DNA of 44,226 nt, taken from Gemmatimonadaceae bacterium (GTDB taxonomy: Bacteria > Gemmatimonadota > Gemmatimonadetes > Gemmatimonadales > Gemmatimonadaceae). The number at the start of each line of letters is the position of its first letter. Positions within the stretch are counted from its first letter, which is position 1. The notes under the pieces are model-generated. The model was not told the DNA's origin, made no database searches, and saw only the letters and a list, made by a program, of their open reading frames with translations. Location: assembly GCA_033763905.1 (NCBI GenBank), contig JANRJP010000127.1:1-44226 (forward strand), written 5' to 3'. A program made the position numbers and the translations under genes. Positions 19,561-29,369 of the stretch are shown piece after piece.

Positions 19561-19969
19561 ATGGACGCTTCCCTGCGTGATCGCATCGTCCGGGCCTTGG
19601 ACACCCTGCCCGACGACAAGGGCTATCAGGTCCTGGACTACGTGTCGTTTCTCGAGTCGCGCTACGCCCAGCGCGCCGCGCCGCCCGACAACGTCTTCGC
19701 GCGGATGTCCGCCGCCGTCGAAGACACTCTCCGCGCCTCCCGCGTGAACGCCTCCACCGTCGCGCAGGCGATGGGGCTGATGAACCAGGCGATGGGCATT
19801 CTGGGTGGCGTCGCCGCTGCCGGCAAATCGGTCGTCAACGACGTCACCGCCGTCGGCAAGCAGGTCGCCAACGATCTCGCCAATACCGGCCAGCGAGCGG
19901 CAGCCACGGCGCCCACAGCGCCGTCGGCCACGCCCCCCGCCGCGCCGCCGACCACCGACACGGGATCCA

Positions 19970-19986
<17 letters not shown>
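19561..19986 (+). CDS. Hypothetical protein (DUF2281-like N-terminus, Ala/Pro/Thr-rich tail)
   Basis: LDTLPDDKGYQVLDYVSFL pattern; good codon bias. Confidence 0.6.
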
Positions 19987-21972
<1,986 letters not shown>

Positions 21973-21984
21973 TCCCCGGATCTC

Positions 21985-22019
21985 GTCCCGTCGGTTGACC
22001 CGAAGGGGTCCGTCGGGAC
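21985..22019 (+). terminator. Imperfect stem-loop after guaB
   Basis: Outer stem GTCCCG/CGGGAC with inner GACC/GGTC; no U-tract. Confidence 0.35.
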
Positions 22020-22100
22020 AGCTTCCGCCGTCTGCCATCCCCGCCATTTGGCGGGGGCCGCGTCGTGCGGCCGTCGTCCGCCCACCCCGACTCCCGTCCA

Positions 22101-23681
22101 ATGGGTCTCTGGTCCAAGAAGAGCATCCTCGACCTGCAAGCTGAAGCCGCCACCGACGAAGGTGGGCTCAAGCGGTCCCTCGGTGCCCTCAACCTCACGA
22201 TGCTCGGTATTGGCGCCATCATCGGTGCCGGCATCTTCGTGCTCACGGGCACGGCCGCTGCGAACTTCGCCGGTCCGGCGGTGTCGCTGTCGTTCGTGCT
22301 GGCCGGTCTGGCCTGTCTCTTCGCGGGACTCTGCTACGCCGAGTTCGCGTCGATGATTCCGATCGCGGGCTCGGCGTACACCTACGCCTACGCCACGATG
22401 GGTGAGGCGATCGCCTGGTTCATCGGCTGGAACCTGGTGCTCGAGTATCTCTTCGCCGCCGCCACGGTGTCGGTGGGCTGGTCGGGCTACTTCAGCGCGA
22501 TGATCGGCGAAGTGGGCATTCACATTCCCGCCGCCTTTGCCTCCGCGCCGCTCACGGTGATCAACGGCCACGAAGTCGTGCGCGCCTTCACCTGCGTCGA
22601 TCCGGCGACCGGCGGCACGCTGATGGACGCCACCACCAAGGTGGCCTTCGTCGTGCGCGAGGCCTGCTCGGCGGCGGGCGGTCAGGTGGTCGACGGCATC
22701 ATCAACCTGCCGGCGGTGCTGCTCATCCTCGGGCTCACGATGCTGCTCGTGCGCGGGGTGCAGGAATCGGCGACGTTCAACAACATCATCGTCTTCATCA
22801 AGATGACGATCGTGTTGCTCGTGATCGGCTTCGGCTTCTTCTACGTGAAGGCCGAGAACTGGACGCCGTTCATTCCGGAAATGGTGACGAATCCGGACGG
22901 CTCGACCAAGTACGGGATGTCGGGCGTTTTGCGCGCGGCGCCGGTGGTGTTCTTCTCGTACATCGGCTTCGACGCGGTCTCGACCGCGGCGCAGGAAGCC
23001 AAGAACCCGCAGCGCGACCTGCCGATCGGGATGATCGCGTCGCTGCTGATCTGCACGGTGCTGTACATCCTGATGTCGCTCGTGATGACCGGTCTGGCCC
23101 CGTACCCGGAGCTCGGCGTGGCGCATCCGGTGTCGGCGGCCATTGCGGCCGCGCCGCAGCTCAAGTGGCTCGAGTACCTCGTCAACATCGGTGCGGTGGC
23201 CGGTCTGTCGTCGGTCGTCCTCGTGATGCTGATGGGCCAGCCGCGCATCTTCTACACGATGGCGCGTGACGGCCTGCTCCCGAAGATCTTCAGCCGCGTG
23301 CACGCCAAGTACCAGACGCCGGCGGCGTCGACGTGGATCGTCGGCCTGCTCGCGGTGGTGATTGCCGGCTTCTTCCCGCTCGGCCTCCTGGGCGAGCTGG
23401 TGTCGGGCGGTACGCTCGCGGCCTTCGCGACGGTGTGCATCGGCGTGTGGGTGCTCCGCGTGCGCTCGCCCGAGCTCAAGCGGCCCTTCCGTACGCCGAT
23501 GGTGCCGCTGGTGCCGATCCTCGGCGCTGGCGCCACGATCTACATGATGCTGCAGCTCCCGGCGTTGACCTGGACGCTGCTCGGCGCGTGGACGGCCATC
23601 GGAATGACGACGTACTTCGTGTACGGGATGCGTAACTCGACGATCGGCAACAAGGAGAAGGCCGCCCTCGCTGGCGACTGA
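22101..23681 (+). CDS. APC-family amino acid permease (CAT/YfnA type)
   Basis: GIGAIIGAGIF, CYAEFAS, GSAYTY, FSYIGFD, MARDGLLP. Confidence 0.93.
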   Translation: MGLWSKKSILDLQAEAATDEGGLKRSLGALNLTMLGIGAIIGAGIFVLTGTAAANFAGPAVSLSFVLAGLACLFAGLCYAEFASMIPIAGSAYTYAYATMGEAIAWFIGWNLVLEYLFAAATVSVGWSGYFSAMIGEVGIHIPAAFASAPLTVINGHEVVRAFTCVDPATGGTLMDATTKVAFVVREACSAAGGQVVDGIINLPAVLLILGLTMLLVRGVQESATFNNIIVFIKMTIVLLVIGFGFFYVKAENWTPFIPEMVTNPDGSTKYGMSGVLRAAPVVFFSYIGFDAVSTAAQEAKNPQRDLPIGMIASLLICTVLYILMSLVMTGLAPYPELGVAHPVSAAIAAAPQLKWLEYLVNIGAVAGLSSVVLVMLMGQPRIFYTMARDGLLPKIFSRVHAKYQTPAASTWIVGLLAVVIAGFFPLGLLGELVSGGTLAAFATVCIGVWVLRVRSPELKRPFRTPMVPLVPILGAGATIYMMLQLPALTWTLLGAWTAIGMTTYFVYGMRNSTIGNKEKAALAGD

Positions 23682-23704
23682 TTCCTTGCGCTGACGCATC
23701 ATTT

Positions 23705-23746
23705 CGCGGCGCCCGGGACGTATTCCCGGGCGCCGCGTGTATTTTT
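23705..23746 (+). terminator. Intrinsic terminator after the permease
   Basis: Perfect 14-bp inverted repeat (23705-23718/23724-23737) followed by TGTATTTTT. Confidence 0.75.
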
Positions 23747-23751
23747 CCTCT

Positions 23752-24801
23752 ATGGTTCCTCACGTGGATCTCTTGAACGTCCCCGCGCATCGTCGCGCGG
23801 TGATCGAGCAGTTTCGCGCCGAGCTCGTGCCCGGTCGGCGCGTGGCGCTCTCGACGCACATCAATGCCGACGGCGACGGCTGCGGCTCCGAAACCGCTCT
23901 CGCGCGAATGCTCACCGCGATGGGAATGGACGTGGTGATCGTCAACCCGACGCCGTGGCCCGCGCTGTTCAATTTTCTGCTCGGCGATGACGTGCAGGAT
24001 GCCAGCGCGAGCGGGCCCGCTGCGCTCAAGAAGATCGATCTGCTGATCGTGCTCGACATCAGCGACGTGAAACGCCTCGGCCACCTGGCCGACACGGTGC
24101 GCGCGCTCACGGTGCCGGTGCTGGTGATCGATCACCACGTGCCGAGCGACGATCCGCCCGCGCCGCGCGATCGCATTCTGTCGGACACCTCGGCCTGCGC
24201 GACCGGCGAGTTGATTCACGACGTCGCCGAAACGCTGGGCCTGGCCTTCACGCCGGCGATCGCGAAGAGTCTCTACACCGCGATGCTCACCGACACCGGG
24301 GGCTTCCGCTTCTCCAACACGTCCCCGCGCTGCCACGCGATCGCGTCGCGACTACTCTCGGCGGGCGTCGACCCGGAAGAGATGTACCGGCAAGTGTACG
24401 CAAGCGTACCGATCGGCCGTATTCACCTGCTGCGCGATGCGCTCGACACGCTCGAAGTCGACGCCGAGCACGGCATTTCGTGGGTGTCGCTGGGCCCGGG
24501 CGTGCTCGAGAAGTACGGCGTCGCGTCCGAAGACCTGGACGGCATCGTCGAACACCCGCGTTCGATTGCGGGCACGCGGCTCGCGCTGTTCTTCCGCGAC
24601 TTGGGCCACGGCAAGGTGAAGGTGTCGTTCCGCTCGACGGGAAGTGTCGATGTGAATGCACTCGCGCGGCAGTACGGCGGTGGCGGCCACGCCAAGGCCA
24701 GCGGCGCGCTGATTGCCGGCTCGCTCGCCGACGTGCGCACCCGCGTCGTCGCCGACGCCCGCGTGTTCGTCGCCGCAACAAAACAGCACTCGGCGCACTA
24801 A
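23752..24801 (+). CDS. nrnA: DHH-family phosphoesterase, NrnA (nanoRNase/pAp phosphatase)
   Basis: HINADGD, IDHH, TDTGGF, KVSFRS, GGGHAKASG. Confidence 0.9.
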   Translation: MVPHVDLLNVPAHRRAVIEQFRAELVPGRRVALSTHINADGDGCGSETALARMLTAMGMDVVIVNPTPWPALFNFLLGDDVQDASASGPAALKKIDLLIVLDISDVKRLGHLADTVRALTVPVLVIDHHVPSDDPPAPRDRILSDTSACATGELIHDVAETLGLAFTPAIAKSLYTAMLTDTGGFRFSNTSPRCHAIASRLLSAGVDPEEMYRQVYASVPIGRIHLLRDALDTLEVDAEHGISWVSLGPGVLEKYGVASEDLDGIVEHPRSIAGTRLALFFRDLGHGKVKVSFRSTGSVDVNALARQYGGGGHAKASGALIAGSLADVRTRVVADARVFVAATKQHSAH

Positions 24802-24828
24802 ACGGCCCACCGCACCTCGCGGCTGCAC

Positions 24829-24881
24829 TGGTAGGCTCCCCGCGTCCCCCACATTCCGTGCGGGACGTCCTCGACCCGGAG
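24829..24881 (+). promoter_or_regulatory. Putative extended -10 promoter, 5' hairpin and RBS of the peptide gene
   Basis: TG-G-TAGGCT at 24829-24837; hairpin CGTCCC..GGGACG at 24843-24867; GGAG at 24878-24881. Confidence 0.45.
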
Positions 24882-24887
24882 CCTCCA

Positions 24888-25157
24888 ATGCCACTCTCGT
24901 CCCTGCGGTCCACATCCGCGCTGCGTGCCGTCCCTCGGCGACGCTGGCCGATCGTCGCGCTGCTCGCCGGCAGCCTCGTGGCCACCATTCTGGCCCTCAC
25001 GCCCGCGCGTGCCGACGCGCTGCCCGCGAGCGAAACCTGCGGCCCGACGGGCTTCATTCTCTGCCACAAGATCGAGATCGGCATCTCGCCGATCACGGGG
25101 CTGTGGGAACTGCGCGCCTTCCTGCCGGGCTGGTTCTTCACGCCGATCGGCTTCTAG
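24888..25157 (+). CDS. Small secreted peptide precursor (89 aa; about 45-47 aa mature, two Cys)
   Basis: ATG with GGAG RBS; basic n-region, hydrophobic h-region, ARA/ADA cleavage site; mature part DALPASETCGPTGFILCHKIEIGISPITGLWELRAFLPGWFFTPIGF. Confidence 0.7.
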   Translation: MPLSSLRSTSALRAVPRRRWPIVALLAGSLVATILALTPARADALPASETCGPTGFILCHKIEIGISPITGLWELRAFLPGWFFTPIGF

Positions 25158-26575
25158 TGTTCGGCGTCGCGCACTGGAGCGCCGGCTGTGCGATCGGTGC
25201 CGCACTCGCCCTAGCGATCGCCCCGCATCGCACACCGGCGCCACTCGGCGAGCTCTTCACCCCGCACGACCACCCGTCGCGCGTGACGGTCGTCGCGGTC
25301 GTCCAAGCGGCCGACTGCGCCGGCCGCTTGGCGTCGCTCGACGCGGTCGCGCATTCGGCGCGCACCGTTGGCGCGCACTTCACGCTCGCCGTGCTCGCGT
25401 CGGCGCTCGACACGTCGCGCGTGGCCGCGCTCACGCGAGACCGCGGCTGGAACGCCACAGTCGTCAGCGCTCCAGCGGGTGCCGCGCGCGCGTTGCGACA
25501 GCTTGGCATTCGCGCCTCACCCGCCTTGCTGGTGATCGACCCCGACGGTGCGGTGCGATTCGCCGAGCCGCTACCCGACACGCCGACGCAACTGCTGCGA
25601 TGGCGACAGCTGCTGCCGCTGGTCATCGACACAGCCGGCAATCGGGCGGTCGCGGGCACGTCGGTCGCAGCATCGCCGCCCGCAGACGACGCCACTTCCG
25701 CTCGTCAGTGGCGATGGCGTGCGGCGGTGACGCGCCGAGCGGGCGATGACTCGCTGGTGTCGCCGGTGCGGCTGGCTGCGGTGGGTGACTCGGCGTTCGT
25801 GCTCGACGCGGCGCACCGCGCGGTGTTTCGGTTGTGGTGGCGAACGCCCAATGCACCGCAGCTCGCCCCCACCGCGCTGCGTGGTCAGGCCGGCACGTAT
25901 GTGGCGGCGTCCGCCAACGGCGCCGTGGCACTGCTCGATCACGCGCAGGGGCGCATCGTGACTGCGCGTGGTGCCGTCCGCACGTACACGCCGATCGCGC
26001 ACCTGCCTTCACCGTTCGCCGTGTGTCCGCTCGCTGGCGGCGACGCCATTGTGCTCACGGGCGGGGTCGACAGCGCGCTCGTGCGTGTGACGCCGCAGGG
26101 CACGGTGGTCTGGGCCCGTCGCTGGCCTTGGGCTGAGCGCGCAGAGTCGCCCGCGCTGGCTCGGCAGGGGATGTTTGCGCCAACGCCACAGGGCAGCAGT
26201 TGCGTGTTGGCGTCGGTCTTCGGCGCGGGCTGGGCGGTGGTCGATGCCGACGGCCACGCGGTGCGGACGACGTCGTATCGCGTGGCCGAAGGTCCCCCCG
26301 AGGTGCGCCGCCACGCCGGCGCGGAGCGCCTGACCTCGGGCGTGCCTGCGGCGGGCGATGTGACCGTGCGGGGTGACACCGTGGAAGTGCTGGCCGTGGG
26401 CCGGTCGGTGTTTGCGTGGCAGCAGATCGACCGGTACGCCTTGGGGAGCGGGCAGTATCTGGGATCCGTGCGCCTGCGCGAGCGGGTGGGTGGCATTGCC
26501 GCCGCGCCGGGCGGCTGGTTTACCATCGTGCGGGGGCAGAGGGGAACGGCCATCGGCTGGGTCGGCTTTCGTTAA
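25157..26575 (+). CDS. Fusion of a thioredoxin-like domain and a probable 6-bladed beta-propeller
   Basis: GTG overlaps the peptide's TAG; hydrophobic N-terminus; VVQAADCAG and LGIRASPALLVIDPDGAVR (Trx-fold cis-Pro motif); then blade-like segments (SPVRLAAVGDSAFVLD, SPFAVCPLAGGDAIVL, IDRYALGSGQYLGS). Confidence 0.65.
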   Translation: MFGVAHWSAGCAIGAALALAIAPHRTPAPLGELFTPHDHPSRVTVVAVVQAADCAGRLASLDAVAHSARTVGAHFTLAVLASALDTSRVAALTRDRGWNATVVSAPAGAARALRQLGIRASPALLVIDPDGAVRFAEPLPDTPTQLLRWRQLLPLVIDTAGNRAVAGTSVAASPPADDATSARQWRWRAAVTRRAGDDSLVSPVRLAAVGDSAFVLDAAHRAVFRLWWRTPNAPQLAPTALRGQAGTYVAASANGAVALLDHAQGRIVTARGAVRTYTPIAHLPSPFAVCPLAGGDAIVLTGGVDSALVRVTPQGTVVWARRWPWAERAESPALARQGMFAPTPQGSSCVLASVFGAGWAVVDADGHAVRTTSYRVAEGPPEVRRHAGAERLTSGVPAAGDVTVRGDTVEVLAVGRSVFAWQQIDRYALGSGQYLGSVRLRERVGGIAAAPGGWFTIVRGQRGTAIGWVGFR

Positions 26576-26617
26576 CTTGAGGGGCTGTAGCCCCAGACGA
26601 TTCCGCCGAGTAGACGA

Positions 26618-27745
26618 ATGAGCGAACCATTGACGGCGCGCGTGGAGCGCGCCTTGCGAACGATTCAGAACCGCCGCACCGGCACCGATGTCTTTGCCGG
26701 TGAGCAGGTGCGTGATATTGCCACCACCACCGACGGCAAGGTGCAGTTGACCTTGTTGCTCGATGCCAAGGACGACGCCACGCTGGTGCGCGATGTACGC
26801 CAGGCCGTGGAGCGTGTCGAAGGCGTCACCGGCGTGCGCGTGATTCCGCGCGATCCCGCCGAAGGCGCCGGCAAGCCCGCGTCGGCACCGGCCGCGCCGG
26901 CGAGCAGCGGCAGGGCACTGCCCGTGATGCAGCCGGAAGCGCCGCCCAAGCAGGCCGCCGTACCGCAGCCGGTGGCGTATCCCAATCTGGGGAAGATCAT
27001 CGCCGTGTCGTCGGGCAAGGGCGGTGTGGGCAAGTCCACCGTGACGACGAACTTGGCGGTGGCCTTGGCCAAGCAGGGCTTCAAGGTTGGTCTGCTCGAC
27101 GCCGACATCTACGGGCCCAACATCCCGCGAATGATGGGGGTGAACGCGCCGCCGCCGGTCGACAACGAAATGATTCAGCCGCTCGAGGCGCACGGCGTGA
27201 AGGTGATGTCCTTGGGCTTTATGATCGACCGCGATCAGCCCGCCATCTGGCGTGGGCCGATCGTGATGAAGATCATCACGCAGTTCCTGCGCGATGTGGC
27301 CTGGGGCGATCTCGACTTCCTGCTCGTGGATATGCCGCCGGGCACCGGTGACGCGCAGTTGTCGCTGGTGCAGAACACTCGCGTGCACGGGGCGGTGATT
27401 GTGACCACGCCGCAGCAGGTGGCGGTGGGTGACGCCTTGCGCGGCGTGAAGATGTTCGAGCGCGTGGCGGTGCCCGTGTTGGGCATCGTCGAGAATATGG
27501 CGTGGTTCGAGTCGCCCGAGACCGGCAAGCCGATCGCCATTTTCGGCAGCGGCGGCGGGCAGGCCTTGGCCGACGAAGTCGGCGTCCCGCTCTTGGGTCA
27601 CGTGCCCTTGTATCCCCGCGTGGTGCAGGCGGGTGACGACGGCACGCCGATTTGCTCGTCCGACGCGCAGTCGTCGGCGTCGAAGGCCTTGACGGCCATT
27701 GCCACGAAGGTCGCCGAGCGAATGGCGACGGTCGCGGCGCGGTAA
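26618..27745 (+). CDS. mrp: Mrp/ApbC/NBP35 Fe-S cluster carrier ATPase
   Basis: SSGKGGVGKST, DADIYGP, WRGP, DMPPGTGD, VTTPQ, GIVENM. Confidence 0.93.
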   Translation: MSEPLTARVERALRTIQNRRTGTDVFAGEQVRDIATTTDGKVQLTLLLDAKDDATLVRDVRQAVERVEGVTGVRVIPRDPAEGAGKPASAPAAPASSGRALPVMQPEAPPKQAAVPQPVAYPNLGKIIAVSSGKGGVGKSTVTTNLAVALAKQGFKVGLLDADIYGPNIPRMMGVNAPPPVDNEMIQPLEAHGVKVMSLGFMIDRDQPAIWRGPIVMKIITQFLRDVAWGDLDFLLVDMPPGTGDAQLSLVQNTRVHGAVIVTTPQQVAVGDALRGVKMFERVAVPVLGIVENMAWFESPETGKPIAIFGSGGGQALADEVGVPLLGHVPLYPRVVQAGDDGTPICSSDAQSSASKALTAIATKVAERMATVAAR

Positions 27746-29143
27746 GTGCACGCCGGCGACGGCGAACTGCTCGCCGATCCGCAGGAAGGGGTCGTCGGCG
27801 TCGCCGTTTCCGGGGCGCGCGACACGCACGATGTGCTGTCGGGGGATCTCCCCGCCGTCGTGCGTCGCGTGGCGTTGCCGGCGGTCGCGTCGAACCTGCT
27901 GATGACGCTCTTTGCCTCGGCCGATGCCTACTGGGTCGGCACGCGCATCGGGCCAAGCGGCTTGGCGGCCGTGAGCACCGCCGTATTCTGGGTGTGGGGC
28001 GTGGTGTCGATCGCAGAGATGGTGAGCATTGGGCTCACGGCGGTGGCGGCGCGCCGGTACGGCGAAGGCCGTCCCGACGAAGCCGCGCGCACCGCTGGTG
28101 ACGCGCTGCTGTTGGCACTGGCGATTGGTGCCGTGATTGCGGTGGCAGGATTCTTTGCCGTCGATCAGATGTTTGCCGTAATGGGCACACCGCCGGACGT
28201 CACCGCGCTGGGTCGTCGGTACTTGCAGACGTACTTCCTTGGGGCGCCGCTCATCTATGGCTTCTTTGCCGTGGACGCGGCGTTTCGCGCATCGGGCGAC
28301 ACGCGCACACCGTTGGCCTTGTTGGCGACGTCGGTGGTGGTGACGCTGATGCTGGACCCCGTGCTCATTCTGGGTTGGTTTGGCGCGCCGGCCTTGGGCA
28401 TTACCGGTGCGGCGGTGGCGTTAGTCGGGACGCGCGGGTCTGCCTTTGCCATTGGGCTCTGGTTGCTCAATCGTCGCGGAATGATTCGCTGGGGTGCGCC
28501 GCGTTGGGCCGTGCTGGGCACCATTGCGCGCGTGGGCTTGCCTACCGCGCTCTGGGGCGTGGTGTTCTCGATGATCTACGTCTTGATGACGCGCACGACG
28601 ACGCAGTTCGGCACGCCGGCGCTGGCCGCGTTGGGCATTGGGCACCGGATTGAGAGCTGGCTGCATATGGTGGGCGTCGGCTTTGGTGCTGCGGCGGCCG
28701 CGATCGTGGGGCAGAACCTGGGCGCGGGTCAGCCCGAGCGCGCGCGTCGAGCAGGGTGGCTCACCACGTGGTACGCAACGATTCCCGGGCTCGTGTTTGC
28801 GGCGTGCTTGTTCGTGGTGCCGCAGTTCTTTGCGAGTCGCTTCACCAGCGACGTCGCGGTGATTGCCGAAGCCACGTCGTACCTGCGAATCATCGTGCCC
28901 GCGGTGTTCGTGCTGACCGCCGAGCTGGTGTTGGAAGGGGCACTCGGCGGAGCGGGGGACACCATTCCGCCAATGCTGACCAGCACCACGCTGACCGTGA
29001 TTCGCGTGCCCTTGGCCGCGTGGGCGGCGTCGCGCTTTGGCGTGGACGGGATTTGGTGGGTGATTTCGCTCACGGCCACCGGGCGCGGGGTGGCGATGAT
29101 GGCGCTGTGGAAGTGGGGGCGCTGGGCGGAGAAGCGGGTCTAG
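27746..29143 (+). CDS. MATE family efflux transporter
   Basis: About 12 TM segments; RASGDTRTP, LDPVLILG, GITGAAVA, VGQNLGAG, GAGDT motifs. Confidence 0.92.
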   Translation: MHAGDGELLADPQEGVVGVAVSGARDTHDVLSGDLPAVVRRVALPAVASNLLMTLFASADAYWVGTRIGPSGLAAVSTAVFWVWGVVSIAEMVSIGLTAVAARRYGEGRPDEAARTAGDALLLALAIGAVIAVAGFFAVDQMFAVMGTPPDVTALGRRYLQTYFLGAPLIYGFFAVDAAFRASGDTRTPLALLATSVVVTLMLDPVLILGWFGAPALGITGAAVALVGTRGSAFAIGLWLLNRRGMIRWGAPRWAVLGTIARVGLPTALWGVVFSMIYVLMTRTTTQFGTPALAALGIGHRIESWLHMVGVGFGAAAAAIVGQNLGAGQPERARRAGWLTTWYATIPGLVFAACLFVVPQFFASRFTSDVAVIAEATSYLRIIVPAVFVLTAELVLEGALGGAGDTIPPMLTSTTLTVIRVPLAAWAASRFGVDGIWWVISLTATGRGVAMMALWKWGRWAEKRV

Positions 29144-29369
29144 CCGCGGGGGCGAGCGCCGTGGCCGGAGGCGCAGTCCCGTTAGTTCGGGTAGTCTCAC
29201 CCCCCCGCCGCATCTCTTCGGCTATCGGGAAGTCTCTCAAAGTCCCGGTGGTTTATCCGATGGGTCGTTCCCCACCCATTCGGGTCACTTTCTTGTAAAT
29301 CCTGCCTCGATAGCTTCGGCTCCCGTACGTGTAAGGGATGTTCTGATTCTCACGTCAGGGAAACCCGAA

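Noticed and set aside
24480..25156. Upstream extensions of ORFs 24480-25157 and 24713-26575
   Set aside because: They overlap nrnA or the peptide gene; RBS and coupling support starts at 24888 and 25157.
29144..29369. Cobalamin or TPP riboswitch before the TonB-dependent receptor
   Set aside because: I could not identify a B12 box or TPP core in the right arrangement; an Rfam scan would settle it.
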